A stretch of 64,000 nucleotides of DNA. It comes from Candidatus Latescibacterota bacterium. Its GTDB lineage: Bacteria > Latescibacterota > UBA2968 > UBA8231. A program made the position numbers and the translations under genes. The stretch covers positions 6,624,001 through 6,688,000 of the forward strand of contig CBDETY010000003.1 of assembly GCA_965243025.1 (NCBI GenBank), given 5' to 3'. How positions within the stretch are numbered: the stretch's first letter is position 1; the number at the start of each line of letters is the position of its first letter. The notes beneath the pieces are model-generated. The model did no database searches. It had not been told where the DNA came from and worked only from the letters and a program-made list of their open reading frames with translations. Below are positions 51,108 to 61,630 of the stretch, piece by piece.

Positions 51108-51291
51108 TCGGCTTTTTGCCGGGTTCGGCCGTTGTATCCGGCATCGCTGCGCGTCCGGCCGGCGGCGCCGGACTCCGCCCGAAAACGCCGGTCCCCAGGG
51201 CAGCAACGAGCCGGACACCCTGCCGGGATTTTTCGAGAGGAGCCGGACGGGGTGCGATGGAAGGGAGGAAAGGACCGTTTCGAGGGGGGCT

Positions 51292-52572
51292 TCAGCGGGT
51301 GGGGATCTCCTTGCCCTGGGGGTCGAGGGCACGCTCGGCCACCTGCCGGTCGATCTCGCGTTCGAGGCGCTCGTCGATGTAGTGCTCGAGGATGTCGGCC
51401 GGATCGTGCACGTGGTCGGGCCGTATCCCCAGCTCGTTGAGATAGGTCTCCCACAGCCGGTGGCCGCGCAGCAGGCGCAGCCCCTCGCTGTGGCCCAGTT
51501 CAGTCAGCCGCAGCCCGGTCGCGGTCTGCCGGAGCAGGGCGCGGCGGCGCAGGCGGAGCAGGGCGAGGCGGGCGAGCAGGGGATTTACCGAGGCCTTTCC
51601 GCGCAGCTCCGGGGCCGGCCAGCGCCGGTTCTCGTCGACCTCGGCGGCCCGCACCATGGAGAGCAGCAGGTGGTCCTGGGCGATTCTGACCGACAGCTGG
51701 GTCCGCTGCCAGAGCCGCGCCAGCAGCCCCTGCCGCGGCGCGAGGGTAACCGACAGGGCGAAGATCCCGCCGAGGAGAACGACGATCGCCCCGGCGATCG
51801 AGCTGTTCCACAGGCCGGCGGCGTAGTAGCCCCCCAGGGCGGCGGCGACCCCGAACAGGACCGCAGCGGTCAGCACCATCGGCAGGCGGTCGCTCCACAG
51901 ACAGGCCGCGGCCCCGGGGACGATAAGCAGGGCGACCACGAGAATGGCCCCTACCGACTCGAAGCTCGCCACGGTGGTCACCGATACCGCTCCCATCAGC
52001 AGGTAATGGACGACGGTGGCGTTGATGCCGACGGACAGCGCCATGGCCGGGTCGAACGAGGCGATCACCAGCTCCTTGTAGAGCAACCCGACGAACAGCA
52101 GGTTGAGGAGGAGGACCGGGCCGAGGATCCACAGGGGCCGCGGACCGAGGTCGGTATCCCCCCAGACCAGGACGTCCCACGGGGTGTAGGCGATTTCGCC
52201 GTAGAGGACGCACTCCTGGTCGAGGTCGACCTGTCCTGCGTAAGCGGAAATCAACACCACCCCGAAGGCGAACAGGGAGGTGAAGACGATGCCGATCGAG
52301 GCGTCTTCGGGGACCTGCCAGCGGCGGTGGAAGGCTTCGACGAGAAGCGCGGTGACCAGCCCGAAGGCGGCGGCGCCGGCGAACATCGGAAGAATGGCCC
52401 GGCTCTCGGAGAAGAGGAAGGCGATGGCGATTCCGGGAAGCACCGCGTGGCTGAGGGCGTCGCCGAGCAGGGACATCCTGCGCAGCACGAGGAAGGTGCC
52501 GAGAAGGGCGCAGGAAGCCGCCGCGAGCGCCGCGGTCAGAAGAATGGACCACTCCCCCTGGACCGCGGTCAC
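51292..52572 (-). CDS. Mn/Zn/Fe ABC permease (TroD/MntD-like) fused to a C-terminal DtxR-like domain
   Basis: LGTFLVLRRMSLLGDALSHAVLPG, DASIGIVFT, SFESVGAIL; tail LTELG...RGHRLWETYL...DHVHDPADILEH. Confidence 0.9.
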   Translation of the reverse strand: MTAVQGEWSILLTAALAAASCALLGTFLVLRRMSLLGDALSHAVLPGIAIAFLFSESRAILPMFAGAAAFGLVTALLVEAFHRRWQVPEDASIGIVFTSLFAFGVVLISAYAGQVDLDQECVLYGEIAYTPWDVLVWGDTDLGPRPLWILGPVLLLNLLFVGLLYKELVIASFDPAMALSVGINATVVHYLLMGAVSVTTVASFESVGAILVVALLIVPGAAACLWSDRLPMVLTAAVLFGVAAALGGYYAAGLWNSSIAGAIVVLLGGIFALSVTLAPRQGLLARLWQRTQLSVRIAQDHLLLSMVRAAEVDENRRWPAPELRGKASVNPLLARLALLRLRRRALLRQTATGLRLTELGHSEGLRLLRGHRLWETYLNELGIRPDHVHDPADILEHYIDERLEREIDRQVAERALDPQGKEIPTR

Positions 52573-53903
52573 GAGGCCGCCCTGTCTTCGCCGCCGGCTC
52601 CGTAGCGGCTGCCGGTCTGGTGGATGTTGATCACCCTGGCCGGGTCGAGCCCGTGTTCGCGCTCGAGGATTTCCTCGAGGCGGGCGATGATTTCGGGCGT
52701 CAGCAGGTGCTCGACCTCGTCGGCCGCCCGGTCGACGTGGTCGGGGGCGAGGATGTCGCGGTAGACGAGGAAATGTTCCCACAGGCGGTGCGACTTGACT
52801 ACGAAGGTCGCCTCGGACATCCCCGCCACTGTCAGCTCGATGCCGCCGTTCCCGGCCCCGGCGAGGCCGGCGCGCCCCAGCCCCTTCGCCTCGGCTCGTA
52901 CGCGGTCCGTATCCCAGCCCAGCTCGGCGGCGATCTCGCCGACGGAAAACCGCTGGCGGCCGGGATGCGCCTCGAGCAGCTCGATCACTGCCCGCAGGAA
53001 ATGGTGGCGCCGCTCGCGGCGCTCGTTGGCGCGCCGCCGGCGCAGCCGCGCCAGGATTCCGCGCCGGGGGCCGAAAACTGCCGAAAACAGGAAGAACCCG
53101 GTCGCCACCATGACCATCACCGGCCCGGTCGGCAGGCGCGGGGCCATGGCGCTCAGGCAGGTACCGGCGATACCGGAAAGACCTCCGAAGAGGGCGGCGG
53201 TCAGCACCATCCGGTGCAGGCGCTCGGTCCAGAAGCGGGCGGCCACTGCCGGGGTGATCAGCATGGCGGCGATCAGCACCACTCCGACCGCCTGCAGTCC
53301 GACCATGACCGTCATCACGATCAGGCCCATCAGGGCGAGGTCGACGGCGCGCACCGGAAAACCGAGGGACTGCAGGAAGCCCGGGTCGAAGATCAGGGCC
53401 TTGAACTCCTTGTAGAGCGACAGCAGGACGGCGATGATGGCGAGGCTCATCGCGGCCATGACGAGGATGTCCTCCCTGACGATGGCCGCGGCCTGGCCGA
53501 ACAGGAACTTGTCGAGGCCGCTCTGGTTGCCGACGCGGCTGCGCTGGATGTGGGTGAGCAGGACGATGCCGCCCCCGAAAAAGACCGAGAGCACGATGCC
53601 GATGGCGGAGTCGGCCTTGAGGCGCGTGTGGTGGACGACGAAATGGATGACCAGCATGCCGGCCACCCCGGTGGCGGTGGCCCCGGCGATCAGCACCGGC
53701 AGCGACTTGCTGCCTGTCAACATGAAGGCGAGGGCGACGCCGGGAAGAGCGGCGTGCGCCAGGGCGTCACCCATCAGGCTGCGGCGCCGGAGGACGGCGA
53801 AGGTCCCCAGCATGCCGCCGGTGGCGCCGATGAGCAGAGAGCCGGCGAGGACGAAGCGCACGTTGGCGTCGGCGAGCGCGAGGACTTCCCAGGGTGCGGT
53901 CAT
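52569..53903 (-). CDS. Mn/Zn/Fe ABC permease (TroC/MntC-like) fused to a C-terminal DtxR-like domain
   Basis: LRRRSLMGDALAHAALPG, GLDKFLFGQAA, GLQAVGVVL; tail with HTH-like VGEIAAELGW, KSHRLWEHFL, DHVDRAADEVEH. Confidence 0.9.
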   Translation of the reverse strand: MTAPWEVLALADANVRFVLAGSLLIGATGGMLGTFAVLRRRSLMGDALAHAALPGVALAFMLTGSKSLPVLIAGATATGVAGMLVIHFVVHHTRLKADSAIGIVLSVFFGGGIVLLTHIQRSRVGNQSGLDKFLFGQAAAIVREDILVMAAMSLAIIAVLLSLYKEFKALIFDPGFLQSLGFPVRAVDLALMGLIVMTVMVGLQAVGVVLIAAMLITPAVAARFWTERLHRMVLTAALFGGLSGIAGTCLSAMAPRLPTGPVMVMVATGFFLFSAVFGPRRGILARLRRRRANERRERRHHFLRAVIELLEAHPGRQRFSVGEIAAELGWDTDRVRAEAKGLGRAGLAGAGNGGIELTVAGMSEATFVVKSHRLWEHFLVYRDILAPDHVDRAADEVEHLLTPEIIARLEEILEREHGLDPARVINIHQTGSRYGAGGEDRAAS

Positions 53904-53912
53904 CCTCCCGGA

Positions 53913-54718
<806 letters not shown>

Positions 54719-54722
<4 letters not shown>

Positions 54723-55660
54723 TCAAGGGCCTCGACGATGGTGTCGACGTTGGACCGCACCATGCCGGCGTAGGTGTCGGCGCCGCTGCCCGACCCCCCC
54801 ATGGCGTCGGAGTAGAGGGTGCCGCCGATGACGACCTCGTGGCCGCGGGCGAGACAGCCCTCGCGCACGGCGTTGATCGAACGCTCGGGCACGCTGCTTT
54901 CGACGAAGATCGCCGGCACGCGGCGGGCGACGATGAGGTCGACGAGGTGGCGCACGTCGGCGACTCCGTACTCGGCCACGGTCGAGATCCCCTGCAGCCC
55001 GACGACGTCGATTCCGTAGGCGCGGCCGAAATAGCCGAAAGCATCGTGGGCGGTGACCAGCATCCGCCGTTCCTCCGGGATCTGCCCCAGGCGCTCGCGA
55101 ACCCAGGCATCCAGCCCGGCGAGCTCGGAGCCGTACCTGGCCCCGTTGGCCGCGAACAGGGAGGCCCCCTCGGGGTCGGCTTTCGACAGGGCGGCGACGA
55201 CGACGCCGATCGTCGACCGCCACATGTCGACGTCGAACCAGATGTGGGGGTCGTAGCTGCCGTCGAACCCGGTGGGCTTGCGCAGCTGCTCCTCGGGAAC
55301 GGCGCTCGAGACGGCGATCACCGTCCCGGTGCGGGCCATCTTGCGGAAGATCTCGTCGAGCTTGCCCTCGAGGAAGAGGCCGTTGTAGAAGATGACGCGC
55401 GCCGCGGTCAGGTGTTCGAGGTCCCCCCGGGTCGCCTTGTAGTAGTGGGGATCGACGCCGGGTCCCATCAGGCCGGTCACCTCGACCCGCGAGCCGCCGA
55501 CCTCGGCGACCAGGTCGGCGATCATCCCGGTCGTCGCCACCACCTTGAGGCGTCCCGGTCCGGACTGCCCGGTTTCGACCCGGGAATCGCCGCATCCGGC
55601 AAGGCAGGCGGCGGCGATGGCGGCAACGGCGATTGCCGCCATGGTCCTGAAAGGTTGCAT
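54719..55660 (-). CDS. Metal ABC substrate-binding lipoprotein (TroA/MntA-like)
   Basis: Lipobox LAGC; GPGVDPHYY, DPHIWFD, TAHDAFGYF, FVESS, LYSDAMG. Start placed at 55660 because the promoter lies just upstream of 55696. Confidence 0.93.
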
Positions 55661-55702
55661 GCCCCTTTTCTTCCAGTCTGTTGCGAGTGAAAGCATCGCG
55701 AC

Positions 55703-55731
55703 AATTTAGTCTCGGCTAAATTTAAAGTCAA
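55703..55731 (-). promoter_or_regulatory. sigma70 promoter overlapped by a DtxR/MntR/TroR-type operator
   Basis: TTGACT(55731-55726)-N17-TAAATT(55708-55703); perfect palindrome AATTTAG-N6-CTAAATT at 55703-55722. Confidence 0.8.
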
Positions 55732-55910
55732 TGACCAGCTAGTGATTTCCCGATCCTCGAGACGGATCGCGGAATCCGGTCGCCCGGCCGGGTCCGGGGG
55801 GGGCCGCAGAGGGCTCTCTCCCGTGCCGGAATCCGGCGCCGCCCCTATCTTGCGAGACCGGTACCGCAAGGAGAAGCCGGCCGCAGAGGCCGTTACGTGG
55901 AGATGAGAGG

Positions 55911-56801
55911 ATGAACCGACTGTACGCGATCGCCGCAGCCCTGGCGGCCATGTCGCCCGCTGCCGCGCAGGATTTCTACGCGCACTGGGGGGACGGACGC
56001 GCCGAGCTCTCGAGCTACCGCATCGAGCAGCCCCGCTACGGAGAGTCGAGAGAGGCGTACGGGGTCATGATCTTCGTCACCGAAGACCTGAACGCCGGCA
56101 CCGGGATCAAGGTGGAGTCGCCGGCGCCGGCGGCCGACCGCGTCTACGTCCTCAAGCTCAACAACGTGCTGAAGTTCACGACCGGTATCTACGACTACTC
56201 GGTGATGACGTCGGTGTTCAGCGCCGTGGAGCCGCGTACCGGCACGGAACCGTTCGAGCCGTGGAAGGTCAGCATGAGCTCGCAGGAGTGGTGCGGGCAC
56301 GTGTTCGAGGAGGTGCGCGTCGGCGCCGATTCCCTGCGGGGGGACCTCAACAGCTACTTCGAGCGCGACGGCAGACAGCGGTGGAACATGGAAACCCCGG
56401 CGGCTTTCGAAAGCGAGGACAACCTGCTGATCCGCGTCCGCGAGCTGAAGGGGGAGTGGATGAAAACGGGGGAAGCGCGCCAGCTCGGCCTGCTTCCGGG
56501 CCTGTGGAAGATCCGCGCCGGCGAAGCGCCGCGAAAGCTGGTGCACGCCACCCTGACCAAGGGGGCCGTCGAAGAGATCGAGGCCGGCGGGGTCAGCGCC
56601 GCCGCGGTGCGCTGGACCTGGGGGTACGGCCACGGACAGACCGTGGTCTGGGTCGAGCAGGCCTCCCCCCGGCGCATTCTGGCGTGGCGGGACTCGGGCG
56701 GCAGCTCCGGGCAGCTGCTGCGCACCCTCCGCGTCCCCTACTGGGAGCTGCAGGCCAACGGCGAGGAGACCTACCGCGAGCAGCTGGGGATTCCCAACTG
56801 A
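55911..56801 (+). CDS. Conserved secreted hypothetical protein
   Basis: Signal peptide (AAA-QD); WGDGRAELSSY..EQPRYG, IFVTED, VLKLN..KFTTGIYDYS, SQEWCGH; GAGG RBS. Confidence 0.7.
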   Translation: MNRLYAIAAALAAMSPAAAQDFYAHWGDGRAELSSYRIEQPRYGESREAYGVMIFVTEDLNAGTGIKVESPAPAADRVYVLKLNNVLKFTTGIYDYSVMTSVFSAVEPRTGTEPFEPWKVSMSSQEWCGHVFEEVRVGADSLRGDLNSYFERDGRQRWNMETPAAFESEDNLLIRVRELKGEWMKTGEARQLGLLPGLWKIRAGEAPRKLVHATLTKGAVEEIEAGGVSAAAVRWTWGYGHGQTVVWVEQASPRRILAWRDSGGSSGQLLRTLRVPYWELQANGEETYREQLGIPN

Positions 56802-56899
56802 CCCCCCGTCTGCCCGGCCCCGATCCGATTGCCCCCCGCGGCCCCATGGGATAGGTTGAAGGCCCTGACCCTCATCCCGACAGACGGAGCCGCAATTTC

Positions 56900-57670
56900 A
56901 TGGCCGAAACGCCCGCCCGCGACCTGCTCGAGAAGCTCCGCAGGTTCGACACCCCCTCGATTACCAACGTCGTCGCCACCTACCCGAACAACCCGCTCTG
57001 CCTCGGCCTCTACCATCCCTGGACCGAGAACTGGTACACCGACCAGCGCGTCCGCTGCATGTTTCCCGAGCTGGGAGCCGTCGCCGGGTACGCGGTGACC
57101 TGCGTCTTCGGCATGCCCGACCCCAGCTTCAACCGCCTGTCCTTCATGGACGTGCTCGAGGCCATGGAGGCTTCGCCGCAACCGACGATTCTCGCCTTCG
57201 AGCAGAAATTCCCGCGCCGGCTCGCCGGCAAGGTGGGGTTGGCCGGGGGCAACATGGTTACGGCGATGAAGGCGGTCGGCTGCGTCGGCGCGGTTTCCAA
57301 CGGCCCCTCCCGCGACGTCGAGGAGATCCGGCCGATGAAGTTCCAGTACCTGCTGAGCGGGGTCACCCCCGGCCACGGGGAGATGCAGCTCCACGCCGTC
57401 AACGTGCCGGTGTCGATCTCGGGGATGGACGTCAGCCCGGGGGAGATAATCCACATGGACGAGCACGGGGCCTGCAAGTTCCCCGCCGGGCACGTGCGGG
57501 CGGTGCACGACAACGTCGCCGCCCTGCTGGCTCAGGAAGCCGAGCAGCAGGCGCGGATGCGGAAGGCGACGTCCGCGGCCGAGCTGCGCGCCATTTTCCA
57601 GGGTCACGCCTACGGCGACCAGGACAAGGCCGGGAAGCGCAAAGCCGCCAAAAAGAAAAAGAAGAAGTAG
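56900..57670 (+). CDS. RraA/HMG-aldolase-like family protein
   Basis: DTPSITNV, AVAGYAVT, GGNM.TAMKAVGCVGAVSNGPSRDVEE, VSPGEIIHMDEHG. Confidence 0.85.
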   Translation: MAETPARDLLEKLRRFDTPSITNVVATYPNNPLCLGLYHPWTENWYTDQRVRCMFPELGAVAGYAVTCVFGMPDPSFNRLSFMDVLEAMEASPQPTILAFEQKFPRRLAGKVGLAGGNMVTAMKAVGCVGAVSNGPSRDVEEIRPMKFQYLLSGVTPGHGEMQLHAVNVPVSISGMDVSPGEIIHMDEHGACKFPAGHVRAVHDNVAALLAQEAEQQARMRKATSAAELRAIFQGHAYGDQDKAGKRKAAKKKKKK

Positions 57671-57691
57671 CTGGCCCCCCGGCCCCCCGCC

Positions 57692-58531
57692 ATGACGGAA
57701 AGGGAGCTCATCACCCGCTCCTACGACGACGGGGCGCAGCGGGAGTACGGGCGCTTGCTGCAGTCCCCCCTGCAGGAAGCGGAGTGGGAGCTGACGGTCG
57801 AGCTGATCGACGAGTACGTCGCCGAGGGGTCGGCGGTCGTCGACATAGGAGCCGGACCGGGGCGTTACTCCGAGCACCTGCTGAAGCGCAGGGGGTGCGA
57901 GGTCGGCCTGGTCGATCTGTCCGAGAGCTGCCTGGCCCTGTTCAACAGCCGCGTCGGCGAAGCCCACCGCGGCCGCGTCCGGTTCACCTGGAAATCCTGC
58001 GCCACCGACCTGAGCTGGATCCCGGGGGAGCAGTTCGACGCCGCCCTGCTGATGGGGCCCCTCTACCACCTGCTCGAGGAAGGGGAACGGCGCCGGGCGA
58101 TCGCCGAAGCCGTCCGCGTCCTCAAGCCGGGCGGAATCGCCGTCGCTTCGTTCATCAGCCGCTACCCGGTTTTTTCGCGCATCCTCACGCACGACCCCTC
58201 CCGGATGCACGACCAGACCTTCCTCGAGGACCTGTTCGAACGCGGGCTGGTCCGGGCGCGGCACGGAATCACCTCGATGACCGACCACTTCCGCTGCTGG
58301 CCGCAGGAGGCGAAGGGGATGATGGAAGCCGGCGGCTTCGAGACCCTGCGCATGCGCAACCTCGAAGGGGTCGGGGCTTTCTTCCAGGCCCGACAGGAGA
58401 AGGTGCTGGCGGAACAGCGGGACAAGAAGGCCTGGTTCGACATCCTGCGCAGGACCTGCGAGCTCCCCGACCTCCTGGGGGCCACACTGCATTTCCTTTA
58501 CGTCGGCAGAAAGATCCGGGGCGATGCCTGA
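57692..58531 (+). CDS. Class I SAM-dependent methyltransferase
   Basis: VVDIGAGPGRY, LVDLS, FDAALLMGPLYHL, RVLKPGG. Confidence 0.9.
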   Translation: MTERELITRSYDDGAQREYGRLLQSPLQEAEWELTVELIDEYVAEGSAVVDIGAGPGRYSEHLLKRRGCEVGLVDLSESCLALFNSRVGEAHRGRVRFTWKSCATDLSWIPGEQFDAALLMGPLYHLLEEGERRRAIAEAVRVLKPGGIAVASFISRYPVFSRILTHDPSRMHDQTFLEDLFERGLVRARHGITSMTDHFRCWPQEAKGMMEAGGFETLRMRNLEGVGAFFQARQEKVLAEQRDKKAWFDILRRTCELPDLLGATLHFLYVGRKIRGDA

Positions 58532-59429
58532 GCTGCCCGACGTCGCCCTCTACATCGACGCCCTCGGCCGCGAGATCGGGGGCCGGACCATCGACCGGAC
58601 GGAGCTGCGGAGCCCCTTCTTCGTGCGTTCCTTCGACCCGGGGCTCGAGGCGGCACACGGCAGGGAGGTGCGCGGGTTCCGCCGCATCGGCAAGAGGATC
58701 GTCTGGGAGCTCGAGGGGAAGCTGTTTCTCGTCTTCCACCTGATGATCGCCGGCCGCTACCACTGGAGGAAGCCCGGCTCGAAGCCGAGGGGCAGGATCG
58801 ACCTGGCGGCGTTCCATTTCGACAAGGGGGTCCTGATGGTTACCGAGGCGGGATCGAAGAAGCGGGCCTCCCTGCACCTCGTTCAGGGGGAGGCGGGCCT
58901 TGCCGATCACGACCCGGGCGGGCTCGAGGTGCTCGACGCCGGCGAGGAGGAGTTCCGGCAGGCGCTGCTGTGCGAGAACCACACCCTCAAACGCTCACTC
59001 ACCGATCCCCGCCTGTTCAGCGGCATAGGCAACGCCTACTCCGACGAAATCCTGCACGCGGCCCGCCTCTCTCCCGTCAAGTGGACGAGCCGGCTGACCG
59101 GGGAGGAGATCGCGCGTCTCCACGAGGCGGCGCGCTCGGTCCTGGCGCTGTGGGTCGAGCGGCTGCGCGGCGAATGCCGGGAGGGCTTTCCCGGGAAGGT
59201 CACCGCCTTCCGCCCGGGGATGGCGGCCCACGGCCGCTACGGGGAGCCCTGCCCGGTCTGCGGGACCCGGATTCAGCGCATCGAGTACGCCGCCAACGAG
59301 ACCAACTACTGCCCGCGCTGCCAGACCGGGGGGAAGATCCTCGCCGACCGTCAGCTGTCGAAGCTGCTGAAGGAGGACTGGCCGGGAACCATCGACGAAC
59401 TCGAGGGCCGCAGGGGGTTCGGGGTCTGA
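58524..59429 (+). CDS. Fpg/Nei family DNA glycosylase/AP lyase
   Basis: MPELPDV, RIGKR, HLMIAG, SGIGNAYSDEIL (H2TH), CPVC...YCPRCQ zinc finger. Confidence 0.93.
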   Translation: MPELPDVALYIDALGREIGGRTIDRTELRSPFFVRSFDPGLEAAHGREVRGFRRIGKRIVWELEGKLFLVFHLMIAGRYHWRKPGSKPRGRIDLAAFHFDKGVLMVTEAGSKKRASLHLVQGEAGLADHDPGGLEVLDAGEEEFRQALLCENHTLKRSLTDPRLFSGIGNAYSDEILHAARLSPVKWTSRLTGEEIARLHEAARSVLALWVERLRGECREGFPGKVTAFRPGMAAHGRYGEPCPVCGTRIQRIEYAANETNYCPRCQTGGKILADRQLSKLLKEDWPGTIDELEGRRGFGV

Positions 59430-59543
59430 CCCGCGGGCGCATAACCGCCGGTTCCGGCGATTGCCACCGACCCCGGAGCGCATTAATTTTCAACGCCTTA
59501 CGTCAATATTTACAGGAATTTCCCAACCTCCCCCGAAACAGTA

Positions 59544-60656
59544 ATGATCGACTCTCGAGGATACCGGATCGCCGATCCCGACGGCATCGAAACGCCCGCC
59601 ATGGTCCTGTTCGAGGCCATGGTGGACCACAACATAGCGGCGATGGCGGAAGAGGCGGGCGAGGCCGCGCGCCTGATGCCGCACGTAAAGACCCACAAGT
59701 CCCAGGCGGTGGTTCGCAAGCAGCTCGAGTCCGGGGTCAGCGGTTTCAAGTGCGCGACCCTCAGGGAGCTGCAGATGGTGCTCGAGGCCGGCGCCGGGGA
59801 GGCGATCCTGTCGTACCCCCTGGTGCAGCGTTCCAAGGTCGGGCGCCTCGCGGACCTGGCCGCCGCACATCCGGGCGCCCTCGTCCACGCCATAGTCAGC
59901 AGCGATTGCCACGTCGATGTCCTCGCCTCGGTGGGGCGGGAGAGATCCTGGACCCTGCACGCCATGCTCGACCTCGACGCCGGCCAGCACCGGACCGGGG
60001 TGGCCTTCGGGGAGCCGGCGATGGCCCTGTACCGGCGACTGGCGCGCGAAGACCACCTCGAGGCGAGCGGCCTTCACATCTACGACGGGCACGAGCACTT
60101 CAGCGACCGCACCCTGCGGGAAGCGGCGGCCAACCGCCACATCGGGGAGGCGAGAAAGCTCACCGCAGCCCTCGAGGCCGAGGGGATGGAGGCGGGCCGC
60201 ATCGTCGGCGGCAGCACCTTCTCCTATCCGTTCTACGCCCGCGCCGAAGGGATGCTCGGTTCCCCGGGGGCCTGCATCTACTGGGACGCCGGGTACCAGT
60301 CCGGGATGCCGGACACCCCCTTCCGGTTCGCCGCCCTGGTGCTGACCCAGGTCGTCGACCGCCACCCCGACCAGAAGACCTTCACGACCGATCTCGGGTA
60401 CAAGGCGATCGCCGGCGATCCGCCGCTGTCGAGGAGGGCCAGCCTGCTCGGAACGGGGGGCGCCAACCTGGCGAAGCAGAACGAGGAGCACGGCGTCTTC
60501 GCCTGCGACGGAGACATTCCAGGCATAGGGACCTACCTGCTCGCCGTTCCAGGGCACGTCTGCCCGACGACGGTCCGCTATCCGGGCAGCTACGTTATCG
60601 GCGGCGAGGGGCAGGTCGTCGACTACTACCCGCACTCCGCCCGCGACCGTTCCTAG
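59544..60656 (+). CDS. PLP-dependent D-threonine aldolase / D-serine dehydratase (DSD1)-like enzyme
   Basis: IETP, PHVKTHKS, HRTGV, HIYDGH, PG...YWD, DLGYKA, NEEHG, PGHVCPT. Confidence 0.9.
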   Translation: MIDSRGYRIADPDGIETPAMVLFEAMVDHNIAAMAEEAGEAARLMPHVKTHKSQAVVRKQLESGVSGFKCATLRELQMVLEAGAGEAILSYPLVQRSKVGRLADLAAAHPGALVHAIVSSDCHVDVLASVGRERSWTLHAMLDLDAGQHRTGVAFGEPAMALYRRLAREDHLEASGLHIYDGHEHFSDRTLREAAANRHIGEARKLTAALEAEGMEAGRIVGGSTFSYPFYARAEGMLGSPGACIYWDAGYQSGMPDTPFRFAALVLTQVVDRHPDQKTFTTDLGYKAIAGDPPLSRRASLLGTGGANLAKQNEEHGVFACDGDIPGIGTYLLAVPGHVCPTTVRYPGSYVIGGEGQVVDYYPHSARDRS

Positions 60657-60820
60657 TGCCCCGTCGCAGAAATATCTCGACATTGGGATGCCGATCCATC
60701 CCGGCTCACGGCGTTGCCTTCGCTCGCCGTACACCCTCGGTACGACTCGCTCAGGCGCCTTGTGAGCCGGGCGCCTCGGCATCCCAATTTTGTCAATCTA
60801 TCTCTGCGACGGGACACTAG
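60653..60820. mobile_element. 168-bp MITE/REP-like palindromic element bounded by CTAG
   Basis: Ends CTAGTGCCCCGTCGCAGA / TCTGCGACGGGACACTAG (17/18 inverted match); internal arms ATTGGGATGCCGA/TCGGCATCCCAAT and CCCGGCTCAC/GTGAGCCGGG; no transposase. Confidence 0.8.
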
Positions 60821-60844
60821 CCAAGCTCGGTCGAGCCCCGCCCC

Positions 60845-61531
60845 ATGAAGCCGCAGCCGCGCTCACCCTTCTCGGTGAACTGGCTGGTCCACAGCATCAA
60901 CCGGCGCTGCGTCGAGGACGCGGTCGGCCGGTGCGCCCGGGGCCGCATCCTCGACGTCGGCTGCGGCGAGCAGCCGTTCGCCCCCCTGCTGGCCGACGCG
61001 GGGGAGGCACTGACCCACCTCGAGTTCGACCGCGGCCGCTTCGCCGCCACCCCTCCGGACGTTTGGGGGGACGCCCTCGCCCTGCCGTTCCGCGGGGGGA
61101 GCTTCCAGACCGTCGTCTCCTTCCAGGTCCTCGAACACGTGCCGCGTCCGGCGCTGATGGTCGAGGAGATGGCGCGGGTGCTGGCCCCGGGCGGCCGCCT
61201 GATCCTCACCGCCCCCCACATGTGGGGAGTCCACGAGGAGCCCCGGGACTACTTCCGCTTCACCGGCTTCGGCCTGCGCCAGCTCGCCGGGGACGCCGGC
61301 CTCGAGGTGGCTGACGTGAAGGCCATGGCGGGCTACTGGGTCACCGCGGCAGCGCGCGCCTGCCAGTACCTGCAGCAGTTCGAGAAGATCGGTCTCTTCT
61401 GGGTGACGCGGCCGCTCTACGCGCTGATCCAGCTCGCCGGCCTCCTCCTCGACAGGCTCCACCGCGTCGAGGGGGACGCGTGGAACTTCCTGCTGATCGC
61501 CGAGCGTCCGGCACGGGGAGGGACGGCGTGA
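60845..61531 (+). CDS. Class I SAM-dependent methyltransferase (type 11)
   Basis: ILDVGCG, GDALALPF, QVLEHV, RVLAPGG, HEEPRDYFRFT. Confidence 0.9.
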   Translation: MKPQPRSPFSVNWLVHSINRRCVEDAVGRCARGRILDVGCGEQPFAPLLADAGEALTHLEFDRGRFAATPPDVWGDALALPFRGGSFQTVVSFQVLEHVPRPALMVEEMARVLAPGGRLILTAPHMWGVHEEPRDYFRFTGFGLRQLAGDAGLEVADVKAMAGYWVTAAARACQYLQQFEKIGLFWVTRPLYALIQLAGLLLDRLHRVEGDAWNFLLIAERPARGGTA

Positions 61532-61630
61532 CAGCTGTCCGGGCGCGGCCTCTGTTCGACACCGGCGACAGCCGCCTGACCGCGGCGGCGCGCTCCGGGG
61601 CGGACCCCGCCCCGGCACCCGGATCAGCGC

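Noticed and set aside
59478-59520. AT-rich patch with a minus-strand TTGACG (antisense promoter to the fpg-like gene?)
   Set aside because: No properly spaced -10; it may simply be the promoter region of the downstream gene.
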